This document shows, in pieces, positions 41,023-51,053 of a DNA stretch of 64,000 bases. The position numbers and the translations under genes were made by a program. Positions within the stretch are counted from its first letter, which is position 1, and the number at the start of each line of letters is the position of its first letter. The DNA comes from Alphaproteobacteria bacterium (GTDB lineage Bacteria; Pseudomonadota; Alphaproteobacteria; SP197), in assembly GCA_965228895.1 (NCBI GenBank), contig OZ245842.1:4896001-4960000 (forward strand), given 5' to 3'. The notes beneath the pieces were generated by a model that worked only from the letters and a program-made list of their open reading frames with translations, was not told where the DNA came from and made no database searches.

Positions 41023-41682
41023 CTAAGCCGGCTGCGCGACGACGCGCATATAGGGTTTCTTGGCGTCCCAGCCTTCCGGGAACTTCTTCTTCGCATCCTC
41101 GTCGGACACCGCCGGCACGATGATGACGTCTTCGCCGGGCTGCCAATTCACCGGCGTCGCCACCTGATGCCTGGCGGTCAGCTGGAGCGAATCGATGACG
41201 CGCAGGACCTCGTCGAAATTACGGCCCGTGCTCATCGGGTAGGTGATCATCAGCTTGATGCGTTTGTCGGGGCCGATCACGTAGACGTTACGAACCGTCT
41301 GGTTGTCGGCAGCGGTGCGGCCCTTCGACGACTTGCCGGCGTCCTCGGGCAGCATGTCGTAAAGCTTGGCGATATCGAGGCCGTGATCGCCGATAATCGG
41401 AAAGTTGGGCGCGTAGCCCGTCAGGTCCTTGATATCCTGGGCCCAGCTTTTGTGGTCGGCGACGGTGTCGACGCTAAGGCCCATGATCTTGCAGTCGCGT
41501 TTGTCGAACTCGTCCTTGTGGCTGGCGACATGGCCAAGCTCGGTCGAACAGACAGGCGTGAAGTCCTTGGGATGTGAGAACAGCACAGCCCAGGAATCGC
41601 CGATCCACTCGTGAAAGCGGATCTGGCCTTCGGTTGTGTCGGCAACAAAGTCCGGTGCGAAACTTCCAATTCTAAGGGTCAT
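41023..41682 (-). CDS. 1-Cys peroxiredoxin (Prx6)
   Basis: FSHPKDFTPVCSTELG, TGRNFDE, VATPVNW. Confidence 0.95.
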   Translation of the reverse strand: MTLRIGSFAPDFVADTTEGQIRFHEWIGDSWAVLFSHPKDFTPVCSTELGHVASHKDEFDKRDCKIMGLSVDTVADHKSWAQDIKDLTGYAPNFPIIGDHGLDIAKLYDMLPEDAGKSSKGRTAADNQTVRNVYVIGPDKRIKLMITYPMSTGRNFDEVLRVIDSLQLTARHQVATPVNWQPGEDVIIVPAVSDEDAKKKFPEGWDAKKPYMRVVAQPA

Positions 41683-41778
41683 TTCCATCTACTCCTGTTT
41701 AGAGGGTGATCCCGACACCGGTCGTGGTTGCCGGTTCATGTCGATTGGCGGGTAGATGGGAAGCCCAATCTGGCGGCG

Positions 41779-41816
41779 CTTGACGGCAACATGGAGATTG
41801 CATGGAGAAATCGTGG
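41779..41816. promoter_or_regulatory. 11-bp-period direct-repeat operator, winged-helix type
   Basis: CTTGA, CATGG, CATGG and CGTGG at 41779, 41790, 41801 and 41812. Confidence 0.55.
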
Positions 41817-41905
41817 ATTCTTGCTATAACCCGCCCATTCCGTCCGATCCGATGCCAGATGGTTTCGATCAGCGTCGCCAGGGCGCGCCGGAAAGATGAT
41901 TTGCC

Positions 41906-43480
41906 ATGAAGTTTGTTTTTGATGGATGCGTGATCGACACGGATGCCTATGAGGTGCGCCGTGACGGTGATCGTGTTCACGTCGAGCCGCAGGTCCTGGA
42001 TCTGTTGATCCTGCTGGTCGAGAACCGGGATCGACTGGTGACCAAGAGCGAGATCATCGCTAAGGTCTGGCATGGCCGCACGGTGTCGGAAACGGCCCTG
42101 ACCAGCCGCGTCAAGTCGGCGCGTCGCGCGATCGGCGACGATGGATCGGCGCAACGTTTCATCCGCACCATCAAGGGGCGCGGCTTTCGTTTTGTCGGCG
42201 CCATCGACAACGACGTCCCTCATGCGCCGGCCATCATGTCCGCCAGCCCCGTTCAGAAGCCGTCCTTGGCTGTCCTGCCATTCGCCAACATGGGCGGCGA
42301 TCCCGAGCAGCGCTATTTCAGCGACGGCATCGTCGAAGACCTGATCACCGAACTGTCGCGTACCCAGGGCATCACCATCGCGTCGCGCAGCGCGTCATTC
42401 GTCTACCGCGATGCTGAGGTCGATGTGCGCGAAGTCGGCAGCGAACTGGGCGTCGACTTTGTGCTTGAAGGCAGCCTGCGCCGAATGGGTGAGCGAGTCA
42501 GAATCACCGTCCAGTTGATCGAGTCCGAAACCGGTCATCATCTGTGGGCCGAGCGTTACGACCGTACGCTGACCGAAATCTTCGACATTCAAGACGAGAT
42601 CGTCGCCACCATCGTCACCACCTTGTCGGGTGAAATCGCCAACGCCGCGCTGGATAGGGCTCACCAGCGGGTGCCGGACGATTGGCGCGCCTATGACCAC
42701 TATCTGGTCGCACGCCACGCGTCTCAGCAGGCGCGTACCTTGAAGAACCTGACGACGGTCAAGACCGCCGCCGAACGCGCCATCGCCATCGATCCCCACT
42801 ACGCCCCCGGTCTGGGCATGCTGGCCAACGCGACGCGCTGGCTTGCCACGCTGACCTGCTTCGGCGACAGCGGCGCGATCAGCGAGACGTTCGCGCGCGC
42901 ACGCGCGCTGGCGGAAAGAGCCTACGATCTTGAACCCAAGGACGCGCAGACGCTGCGTGCGCTCGGCTGGTGTCATATCCTGGACCGCGACTACGCTGAG
43001 GCGGAACGGTGCCTGGAGCGGGCCTATGCCATCAACCCGCATGACGGCGACGTCATCATGGGGTGGGTCACCGCACTCGTCTATCTGGGCCGGCCCGCCG
43101 AAGCCGTCGCGCTGGCGCAGCAAACCATCCGCCGGCTGACCACCTTTCCCGACTACTTTTTGTTCGACCTGGGCGAAGCGCAGTTCTTCGCCGGCGAACC
43201 GGAGCAAGCAGCAGCCACGTTCGAGTCGATCCCGGAGGATCAGCATGACGAGAACATCACCGTGGTCGTTGCCGCCTTCGCCCATGCCGGGCGGTTGTCC
43301 AGCGTCGCGCCGTACCGCGACCACTACGTCCGGGAACTCGAAACACTTTGGGTCGGTGACCCCGCAACCAGCCTGAGCGATCGCATCAACTGGGATTTCC
43401 AGTTTCGCCACGTCTACCGGCGCATGAAGGATGTCGAGTACCTGCGCGGCGGTCTACGCAAGGCGGGCCTGCCGGCATGA
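41906..43480 (+). CDS. Winged-helix (CadC/OmpR-type) regulator with TolB-like and TPR domains
   Basis: EPQVLDLL...VTKSEI...IRTIKGRGFRF; SLAVLPFANM, HLWAERYD; TPR helices. Confidence 0.9.
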   Translation: MKFVFDGCVIDTDAYEVRRDGDRVHVEPQVLDLLILLVENRDRLVTKSEIIAKVWHGRTVSETALTSRVKSARRAIGDDGSAQRFIRTIKGRGFRFVGAIDNDVPHAPAIMSASPVQKPSLAVLPFANMGGDPEQRYFSDGIVEDLITELSRTQGITIASRSASFVYRDAEVDVREVGSELGVDFVLEGSLRRMGERVRITVQLIESETGHHLWAERYDRTLTEIFDIQDEIVATIVTTLSGEIANAALDRAHQRVPDDWRAYDHYLVARHASQQARTLKNLTTVKTAAERAIAIDPHYAPGLGMLANATRWLATLTCFGDSGAISETFARARALAERAYDLEPKDAQTLRALGWCHILDRDYAEAERCLERAYAINPHDGDVIMGWVTALVYLGRPAEAVALAQQTIRRLTTFPDYFLFDLGEAQFFAGEPEQAAATFESIPEDQHDENITVVVAAFAHAGRLSSVAPYRDHYVRELETLWVGDPATSLSDRINWDFQFRHVYRRMKDVEYLRGGLRKAGLPA

Positions 43481-44430
43481 CGTCCCGCGATCTTTATCCG
43501 CCCATCGAACCCTTCGACGTCCGCAAGGTGCCGGTCGACGCGCGCCATACGCTTCATGTCGAACAATCGGGCAAGCCCGACGGCGTGCCCGTGGTCTTCC
43601 TGCATGGCGGGCCGGGCGCGGCCTGGTCGCCCCATATCCGGCGCTTCTTCGATCCCGACCACTACCGGCTGATCGCTTTCGATCAGCGCGGCACCTGGCG
43701 TTCGACGCCGCACGGCGAACTCACCGACAACACGACACCGCATCTGGTCGGCGATATCGAACGACTGCGTGAGATGTTCGCTATCGAGCGCTGGGTCGTG
43801 TTTGGCGGGTCGTGGGGTAGCACGCTTGCCATTGCCTATGCCGAAGCCCATCGCGAACGCTGCCTGGGCGTTGTCCTGCGCGGGGTGTCGCTGGGTCTCG
43901 GCGTCGAGAACCAGTGGAGCTTTCACCATTCCCGATGGATCAGGCCCGCGGCGTGGGAGGCGCTGGTCGCCTCGATCCCGCTCGACGAACGCAGCGATCT
44001 GGATGGTGCGATAGCACGCCGCATTATGGATCCGGATCCCGCCGTCCATGGGCCGGTCATCGACGGCTGGATGCAACAGGCCGAAGCGCTCGGTCAATCG
44101 CGCCAACCGGATCTCGACATCATCGAGGATGCGCTGGATGCGCCCGACGACGACCTGGTCTGCGCCCGGATCTCCATCCATTACTACACCAACCACATCT
44201 TCCTGGAGCCCGACAGCCTGCTAACCAACGCCCACCGGCTGCACGGCCTATCCGGCGTCATCATCCACGGCATGGACGATTTCAACACGCCGCTCGCCAA
44301 CGCCTACGACCTCTCCAAGGCATGGCCCGAGGCCGACTACCGGCCGATCCCGAACGCCGGCCACGACGCTTTCGACCGCAACATCCGCCTGGCGCTGGTT
44401 GACGCGATGGAGTCGTTCAAAAGGCTTTGA
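43477..44430 (+). CDS. pip: Proline iminopeptidase
   Basis: LYPPIEP, FLHGGPG, FDQRG, FGGSWG, AGH. Confidence 0.85.
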   Translation: MTSRDLYPPIEPFDVRKVPVDARHTLHVEQSGKPDGVPVVFLHGGPGAAWSPHIRRFFDPDHYRLIAFDQRGTWRSTPHGELTDNTTPHLVGDIERLREMFAIERWVVFGGSWGSTLAIAYAEAHRERCLGVVLRGVSLGLGVENQWSFHHSRWIRPAAWEALVASIPLDERSDLDGAIARRIMDPDPAVHGPVIDGWMQQAEALGQSRQPDLDIIEDALDAPDDDLVCARISIHYYTNHIFLEPDSLLTNAHRLHGLSGVIIHGMDDFNTPLANAYDLSKAWPEADYRPIPNAGHDAFDRNIRLALVDAMESFKRL

Positions 44431-44444
44431 GCAAGCAGGTGGAC

Positions 44445-45842
44445 TCAAACCACCATCGCGTCTGGATCGTCAGCCTCGTTGAGCAGAGCGGCCACGATGC
44501 GCAGTCCCTGGCTGACCCGCTCGCGGCTGGTTTCGTAACTCAGGCACAGGCGAACGCCGTGGGGCACGTCGGTCTGATCGACCGCGAAGGTCTCGCCGGT
44601 CAAGACCTTGACGCCGCGCCGCGCGGCTTCGGCGCGGAACGCGTCCGCGCGTATCGGCGCCGGCAAGGGAAGCCAGATATTGAAACCCAACGGCTGGCCC
44701 TCGAACCGATCAGCGCCCAGCAGCCGCGCGGCGATCTCCAGTCGCGCCTTGGCCTCGGCGCGCTGCCCGTCGTTCAGACGATCGGCGGTGCCGTCTTCGA
44801 CCCACCGGCTCGCGATCTCCGCCATCAGGGGTGGCGGCATCCAGCACGACATGGCGACCGCGCCACGGATCGCGCGCTGCAGCCGTTCGGGCGCGTGCAC
44901 GTAGCCGATGCGCAGACCCGGCGCCATGCTCTTCGAAACACTGGTGACAAAGATCGTGCGTTCCGGCGCAAAGGCGACGAGCGGCAAGGGCCGTTCGGTC
45001 GGCAGGAAACCGAAGACGTCGTCCTCGATGATCGTGAGGTCGTGGCGGCGCGCCACCGCCGCGATCTCGCGTCGGCGCTCTGCCGGCATGGTGGCGGTGG
45101 TCGGCGTGTGGAGTGTCGGCAGGCAATAGAGCGTGCGGCCCGCGGTTGTCCGGCAGGCGTCATTCAAGGCTTCGGGTAGCAGGCCATAGCCGTCCATGGC
45201 GACGGCGTGGAGCTTGAGGCCCATGTGCCGCGCCATGGCCTTCGCCGGCGCATACGTCATGGGTTCGGTCAACAGCACGTCGCCCGGACGCATGGTCGCC
45301 AGCATCGCCACCATGACGCCGTGCTGGGCACCGCTGGTCAGAACGATCTGTTCAGCCCTGGCGCCGGGGCCGAGCCGGCCGAGCCAGTCGGCACCCGCCT
45401 TAACATGGTCCTTGAGGTCGCCGTCGGGCTGGTAATCCAGAAAGGCGTTTAGCCGCGACGAACCGGCGAGGTCGCCAAGCGTTTCGGCCAAGTAGTCCGA
45501 CGCCGGGCTGATCGCCGGCAGGTTCAAGGCAAAGTCGATGGGCCCGTCGGTCGGGCGCGTCAACCGCGCCGCACGGCCGTCGGCGTCCTGAAGCGGGCCG
45601 CCAGCCCGCACATAGGTCCCGCGCCCGACCTCGCCATAGAGGAAACCGCGCTCGATCGCGTCCGCATAAGCCCGGCTGACCGTGTTGAGCGAAACGCCGA
45701 TGTCGAAGGCCAGATTGCGCTGCGGCGGCAACCGGTCGCGCTCGGTGAGGTCGCCGGCGGCGATGCCTTCGCCGATCGCATCGGCAATGCGCTTGTACTT
45801 GGGGCCGGGCTTGCCGGCGATGTCGGGCAACCAACTTGTCAT
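44445..45842 (-). CDS. MocR/GabR family PLP-dependent regulator
   Basis: RLPPQRNLA HTH; TSGAQHG, IIEDD, SVSKSMAPGLRIG. Confidence 0.92.
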   Translation of the reverse strand: MTSWLPDIAGKPGPKYKRIADAIGEGIAAGDLTERDRLPPQRNLAFDIGVSLNTVSRAYADAIERGFLYGEVGRGTYVRAGGPLQDADGRAARLTRPTDGPIDFALNLPAISPASDYLAETLGDLAGSSRLNAFLDYQPDGDLKDHVKAGADWLGRLGPGARAEQIVLTSGAQHGVMVAMLATMRPGDVLLTEPMTYAPAKAMARHMGLKLHAVAMDGYGLLPEALNDACRTTAGRTLYCLPTLHTPTTATMPAERRREIAAVARRHDLTIIEDDVFGFLPTERPLPLVAFAPERTIFVTSVSKSMAPGLRIGYVHAPERLQRAIRGAVAMSCWMPPPLMAEIASRWVEDGTADRLNDGQRAEAKARLEIAARLLGADRFEGQPLGFNIWLPLPAPIRADAFRAEAARRGVKVLTGETFAVDQTDVPHGVRLCLSYETSRERVSQGLRIVAALLNEADDPDAMVV

Positions 45843-45941
45843 GAGAGCAATGTATCGATTGACTCGAAAATCTAGGCAACTTTATCAATGCAATCAGAGC
45901 AAAGTCAAACAAACCGCGCCATTGTACTGGAGAACAGCGCC

Positions 45942-47333
45942 ATGACCCCAAATGAAACCCACGAACCGGTAACCCTTGAAGTGGGCGGCGGCCAGACGGC
46001 CTTTTATGCCGCGAACACCATCGTGCCCTTCCCGCTGATCGAGCGGGCCGAAGGCATCGCCATGTGGGATGATGAGGGTCGGCGCTATATCGACGTCTCG
46101 TCGGGGCCGGTGGTCAGCAATATCGGCCACGGCAACGCCCATGTCGCCGACGCCATGGCGCGCCAGGCCAAGGTCTTGGACTATGCCTTTCCCCGGCAGG
46201 TCCGCAACCGGCCCAACATGGACTTCGCCGAACGGCTGGCCCGCCTCGCCGGGCCCGGCTTCGAACGGGTGCACCTGTCGTCGGGCGGCAGCGAGGCGAA
46301 CGAGAGCGCGATCAAGTTCCTGCGCCAATACGCCATCGCCACCGGCAAGCCGGAAAAGACCAAGATCATCACCCGCGACCCGTCCTATCACGGCGGCACG
46401 ATCGCCAACCTCGCCATGAACGGCGAGGTCATGATGCTGCCGTTCCTCGACGGGTTCGCCGAACCGTCGGCCAAGGTGCCCGCGCCCTTCACCTATCGCC
46501 TACCGGAGAACCATGACGCCGAGAGTTATGCCCGGCACTGCGCCGAGGCCCTGGCGCAGACGATCACGACGCTCGGACCGCAGAACGTGCTGGCCTTCGT
46601 CATGGAGCCGGTCGGCGGGCTTTCCACCGGCTGCATCGTGCCGTCAGCCGACCACATGCGCCGGGTGCGCGAGATCTGCAGCCATCACGGCGTGCATCTG
46701 GTGTTCGATGAGGTGCTGTGCGGCATGGGCCGCACCGGCAAGTTTCTGGCCGCCCACCACTGGCCCGACGCGCTGCCCGACATCATCACCATGGCCAAGG
46801 GTCTGGGGTCGGGCTATTCACCGCTGGGCGCCATGCTGGCGCCGGCCACGATGGTCGACGAACTCAGCCAGCTCACCGGGTTCGAGTTCCAGTATTCCTA
46901 TAACGCCAACCCGATTTCCTGTGCCGCCGGCATGGCGGTGCTCGACGAATACGAGCGCCTCGACCTCACCAACAAGGCGGCGAGCATGGGCGTCGGCCTG
47001 CGTGAAGGCCTGGAACGGCTTAAGACGACATGTCCGATCGTCGGGGACGTGCGCGGCCTGGGCATGCTGTACGCCGTCGAACTGGTCGCCGACCAGGCGG
47101 CCAAAACACCGCTGCCCACCGCCTGCCAGGCGGCCGACCGTATCCGTATCCACGGCCTCGACAACGGGCTCTTGATCTATTCGCGCCCGACGTCGGGCGG
47201 CCGGTACGGTGACTGGTTTACCGTCTCGCCGCCGCTCACCATCACCGAAGCCGAGTGCGCCGACATGCTCGATCGTCTCGAAGCGACGCTTAACGCGTTT
47301 CAGACCGAGCTGACGACAGCGGGTGTTCTTTAG
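45942..47333 (+). CDS. Class III aminotransferase
   Basis: SGGSEANE, SYHGGT, FDEVLCGMGRTG, AKGLGSGY; start reassigned to MTPNET. Confidence 0.92.
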   Translation: MTPNETHEPVTLEVGGGQTAFYAANTIVPFPLIERAEGIAMWDDEGRRYIDVSSGPVVSNIGHGNAHVADAMARQAKVLDYAFPRQVRNRPNMDFAERLARLAGPGFERVHLSSGGSEANESAIKFLRQYAIATGKPEKTKIITRDPSYHGGTIANLAMNGEVMMLPFLDGFAEPSAKVPAPFTYRLPENHDAESYARHCAEALAQTITTLGPQNVLAFVMEPVGGLSTGCIVPSADHMRRVREICSHHGVHLVFDEVLCGMGRTGKFLAAHHWPDALPDIITMAKGLGSGYSPLGAMLAPATMVDELSQLTGFEFQYSYNANPISCAAGMAVLDEYERLDLTNKAASMGVGLREGLERLKTTCPIVGDVRGLGMLYAVELVADQAAKTPLPTACQAADRIRIHGLDNGLLIYSRPTSGGRYGDWFTVSPPLTITEAECADMLDRLEATLNAFQTELTTAGVL

Positions 47334-47353
47334 TCGGATCGGCGCAAGGCGCG

Positions 47354-48172
47354 CTAACCGTCGAACTGCGCCTTGCGCCACTTGAGCGCCGCCCGCAGGC
47401 CGTCTTTCTGGGTGATCGCCTCGAACTCGCGGCGGATGTCGGTGTGGATCGCGTAGAGTGGCGCGTAACCTTCGACACTGCCGTTCATCGCATCGTTGAA
47501 CCCGGCGGTCTCCGCGCCGCGATTGAGCACGCGCTTCATGGTCGTGAGGGTTTCGGCGCCAATCAGGCTAAGCCGTTTGGCATAGGCCATCGTGGCATCG
47601 GCGAGCTCGGCGAGCGGCACCACCTTGTTGACCATGCCGATCTCCAGCGCGCGCTCAGCGTCGATGAGGTCTCCGAAATAGAGCAGTTCCCGCGCGCGTT
47701 TGTAACCGATCAGCCACGGCATCACCGCCACCGGACCGGGCTCGGAGAAACGTGATTCCGGTTCGCCGAACAAACAGTTGTCGGCCGAGATCGTGAGGTC
47801 GCAAAACATGGCGAGCTGGCAGCCGCCGCCCAGCGTGTGACCGTGGACCGACGCAATGACGGGCTTTTGCAAATGCCAGGGCAGCATCTCGAAGGCCAGG
47901 CAATCGTCCAGCAAGGCCTGCCATTGCAAGGCATCCTGCTGCGGCGCGTCGTCACCGACTTCGCCCGCGCCGATGTCGTAGCCGACGCAGAAACTACGTC
48001 CATTACCGCGCAGGACGACAACCGTGACGTCATCATCTTCGTCGGCGCGCAGGAACGCCTCCTTAGCTTCTGCGCGCACGGCGTCGTTGATCGCGTTCAG
48101 TTTTTCCGGCCGATTAAGGGTGATGATGGCGATCGGCCCATCGGTTTCATAGGTCACGCACGCTTCGGCCAT
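47354..48172 (-). CDS. Enoyl-CoA hydratase/isomerase family protein
   Basis: LNRPEKLNA, FCVGYDI, KPVIASVHG, FGEPE. Confidence 0.9.
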   Translation of the reverse strand: MAEACVTYETDGPIAIITLNRPEKLNAINDAVRAEAKEAFLRADEDDDVTVVVLRGNGRSFCVGYDIGAGEVGDDAPQQDALQWQALLDDCLAFEMLPWHLQKPVIASVHGHTLGGGCQLAMFCDLTISADNCLFGEPESRFSEPGPVAVMPWLIGYKRARELLYFGDLIDAERALEIGMVNKVVPLAELADATMAYAKRLSLIGAETLTTMKRVLNRGAETAGFNDAMNGSVEGYAPLYAIHTDIRREFEAITQKDGLRAALKWRKAQFDG

Positions 48173-48201
48173 AGGGCCCTCTCTACTGGTGTAAATCGAT
48201 G

Positions 48202-48954
48202 TCAGCCGCGACCGACCAGCGGCATCTTGGTCGCCATCACCGTGATGAAGAGCACATTGGAGGCGAGCGGCAGGCCGGCCATGTAGCTGACGGCCTGGGC
48301 GACGTGCTCCACGTCCATGCGCGGCTCCGGCATGATGTCGCCGTTGGGCTGCGGCATGCCCTGGACCATGCTCTCGGTCATCTCGGTCGCCGCGTTGCCG
48401 ATATCGATCTGGCCGCAGGCGATGTCATGGGCCCGGCCATCAAGCGCGATCGATTTGGTCAGACCGGTGATCGCGTGTTTGGTCGCCGTATAGGGCGCCG
48501 ACAACGGCCGCGGCCGGTCGGCCGAGATCGAGCCGTTGTTGATGATGCGCCCGCCCATCGGCGCTTGCCATTTCATCATGCCGAACGCATGGCGCGCGCA
48601 CAGGAACGAGCCCGTCAGGTTAACGTCGACGACGGTCTGCCAGTCGTCATCGGAGAGTTCGTCGAATTCGACCTCGGGCGCACCAATGCCGGCGTTGTTG
48701 AAGAGAATGTCGAGCCGGCCAAACGCCTTCTGCGTCTCATCAAACAAGGCGCGGACCGCCGCTGGCTTGCCGACATCGGTGGGCACCGGGAGCGCCTTCG
48801 CACCGGCGCTCTCGACATCGCCCGCGGTTGACTCCAAGGCTTCCCGGCGGCGTCCCACCAGCACGACATTGAAGCCGTCGTTTGCCAACGCCCGCGACAC
48901 GGCGCGGCCAATGCCGCTGCCCGCGCCGGTCACCATGGCGACCTTCTCCATCAC
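48202..48954 (-). CDS. Short-chain dehydrogenase/reductase
   Basis: [17 protein letters not shown]. Confidence 0.92.
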   Translation of the reverse strand: MMEKVAMVTGAGSGIGRAVSRALANDGFNVVLVGRRREALESTAGDVESAGAKALPVPTDVGKPAAVRALFDETQKAFGRLDILFNNAGIGAPEVEFDELSDDDWQTVVDVNLTGSFLCARHAFGMMKWQAPMGGRIINNGSISADRPRPLSAPYTATKHAITGLTKSIALDGRAHDIACGQIDIGNAATEMTESMVQGMPQPNGDIMPEPRMDVEHVAQAVSYMAGLPLASNVLFITVMATKMPLVGRG

Positions 48955-48987
48955 GTCCTCCCTTAAGGTATGAGCGGCTAACCAGCC

Positions 48988-49209
48988 CTAGAATAGCGCC
49001 AGGATCAAGCACAGAGCGGTGAAGCAAGCCATGATGATCAGAAAGACCGGCACGCTCCACTCGTGACGATGGCGCTCGGCCGGCGTTGCGCTGAGCGCCT
49101 GCAGCGGCAGGCGCTTGGTGTCGGCGACCTCGCGGCGCGCTGCGTCGGCCGTCTCGGCCTCGATGCGATAGGCGCGTCCATCACGGGCTTCGACGGTAAA
49201 GAGCGGCAT
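48988..49209 (-). CDS. Small membrane-anchored hypothetical protein
   Basis: 73 aa, fits between co-oriented genes, C-terminal hydrophobic helix. Confidence 0.5.
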   Translation of the reverse strand: MPLFTVEARDGRAYRIEAETADAARREVADTKRLPLQALSATPAERHRHEWSVPVFLIIMACFTALCLILALF

Positions 49210-49231
49210 CAGATCGGTCCGGCTTTCCGCG

Positions 49232-49585
49232 TCAGGGGATCGGGAGATCGTGCAGTTTCAAGAACGACAGCTTATCCCAGTAGCCGCGTTGAAAGGTGAT
49301 CCGCCCGTCTCGCACGGTGAAAAACCCGCAACCGCGCAGACCCAGAGGATCGCGCCATTCCAGGATCGCCACGTCACCGGCCTCATGAAGGGTATCGGGA
49401 AGACAGGTCATCTCGGCCGTCGCGAATTCGCGGGAGAACATCGCCTCAATGGCCCGGCGCCCTTCAACCGGCTCCTGCGTGACCTGATGGTTGACCGCAT
49501 CGTCGTGATAGAGCGCCGCCAGACCAGCCGCGTCGGCGGCGTTGAACCTCTTCACCCACTCCTCGACGACCTCTCGCGGCGTCAT
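49232..49585 (-). CDS. SnoaL/NTF2-like protein
   Basis: FNAADAAGLAALYHDDAVNHQ, LEWRDPLGLRGCGFF, QRGYWD; start reassigned to MTPREV. Confidence 0.88.
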   Translation of the reverse strand: MTPREVVEEWVKRFNAADAAGLAALYHDDAVNHQVTQEPVEGRRAIEAMFSREFATAEMTCLPDTLHEAGDVAILEWRDPLGLRGCGFFTVRDGRITFQRGYWDKLSFLKLHDLPIP

Positions 49586-49702
49586 GGCGCGATCTCCGCT
49601 GAACCCTTGATGCATCCGGAAAGACAATACGTCTTGCCGGGCAGGCCATCGAGTGTCTAGAGACAGGTTTGCGCACCGGAACCGGACCAGGAGACATCGG
49701 CC

Positions 49703-50821
49703 ATGACCGTTAAGGGAACATGCGACGACGCGTTCAAAGCATGCCGCGAGGCAATCGCCGCGAACCTGGCGGACGGCCATGACCTGGGCGCGGCCTTCGC
49801 CGTTGTGAAGGACGGCGACCTGGTCGTCGATCTTCATGGTGGTTATGCCGACGCGGCGCGCACCCGGCCGTGGGCGCGCGACACCCTGGTCAACGTCTGG
49901 TCGACCACCAAGGGCGTGATGGCGCTGGCCGTCGCCATGGCCGTGGAGCGTGGCCAGCTTGATTATCAAAAGCCGGTTGCCGAGGTCTGGCCCGAGTTTG
50001 CGGCAGGTGGCAAGGGCGACATTACCCTTGACCTCGTCATGTCACACCGCGCCGGGCTCAACGGCCTCGACCGGTCGATGGACCTTGACGGCGTTTATGA
50101 CTGGTACCCCGTGACCGAGGCGCTCGCCGACATGGCGCCCTTGTGGGAGCCGGGCAGCCGTTGCGTCTATCACGCCATGACCTATGGCCACCTGACCGGC
50201 GAGGCCTTGCGCAAGGTCGACGGCCGCATGCCCGGCCGCTTCATCGCCGAGGAGATCGCCGGGCCTCTGGACCTCGAGTTCTATGTCGGCTTGCCGGAGA
50301 GTGAAGACCACCGCGCGGCCGAATTGGTGGCGAGCGATGACGCCGGCGATTGGGTCGCGGACCTCAAAAAGAACGGCTATCCCCAAGCCATGGAGAATCC
50401 TGTCGTCACACCGCTGACGCCCAACACGCGGGCCTGGCGCGCCGCCGACATTCCGGCGGGCAACGGCCAAGGTGACGCGCGTTCGCTGGCCAGACTCTAT
50501 GGCGTGCTGGCCCAAGGCGGTGGCGACCTCATCTCTGCCGATGGTTTGGCCGCGGCCACGGGCGAGCGTTATCGCGGCCCCGACGTGTCGATGGGTCTGC
50601 CGACCGCCTTCGCCGCCGGTTTCCGGCTGGGCGACGATACCGGCGCGTTCGGCCCGTCACGCGACGCCTTCGGCCATACCGGCTGGGGCGGCGCTTTCGC
50701 CTTCGCCGATCGCGATGCCAGGCTCGGCGTTGCCTTTGTCATGAACCGCATGCTGGGCATGGGCGACGACGCGATCACGCGCCACACCAGACTGATCGAC
50801 GCTGTCTATGAATCGCTCTAG
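49703..50821 (+). CDS. Serine hydrolase, beta-lactamase-like (family VIII esterase)
   Basis: WSTTK (SxxK), SHRAGL, YHAMTYG, FGHTGWGG. Confidence 0.9.
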   Translation: MTVKGTCDDAFKACREAIAANLADGHDLGAAFAVVKDGDLVVDLHGGYADAARTRPWARDTLVNVWSTTKGVMALAVAMAVERGQLDYQKPVAEVWPEFAAGGKGDITLDLVMSHRAGLNGLDRSMDLDGVYDWYPVTEALADMAPLWEPGSRCVYHAMTYGHLTGEALRKVDGRMPGRFIAEEIAGPLDLEFYVGLPESEDHRAAELVASDDAGDWVADLKKNGYPQAMENPVVTPLTPNTRAWRAADIPAGNGQGDARSLARLYGVLAQGGGDLISADGLAAATGERYRGPDVSMGLPTAFAAGFRLGDDTGAFGPSRDAFGHTGWGGAFAFADRDARLGVAFVMNRMLGMGDDAITRHTRLIDAVYESL

Positions 50822-51019
50822 ATCAGCGACGATCGACGGCGACAGCACCGAATGAAATCGATAGAATGACGACGCGAGCGCACCAGGAGACCGTTGGCAC
50901 CGTGATCTACTCTTACGGCGCGCGAAGCGGGCTTCAGCATGACGAAGACGGGCAGGCGGCCGACGGCAGCGGTGAATTGCCGTGACCAGCTTATGCCAAG
51001 GGACGGGGTGTGTTGGCCA

Positions 51020-51046
51020 TGATCCAATGGGTCTGGCCGGTCGTAT
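51020..51046 (+). promoter_or_regulatory. Putative RpoE-ChrR (ECF11) promoter of crtE-ABC-crtZ
   Basis: TGATCC-N16-CGTAT. Confidence 0.7.
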
Positions 51047-51053
51047 TGCAGTG

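Noticed and set aside
50810-50821. GAATCGCTCTAG as a left repeat arm that, with 59204, would bracket the crt cluster as a mobile unit
   Set aside because: Only 12 nt, it is the coding end of the esterase (ESL-stop), and there is no partner arm or target duplication
49703-50821. Beta-lactam resistance gene
   Set aside because: No signal peptide, and the motifs fit family VIII esterases rather than class C beta-lactamases
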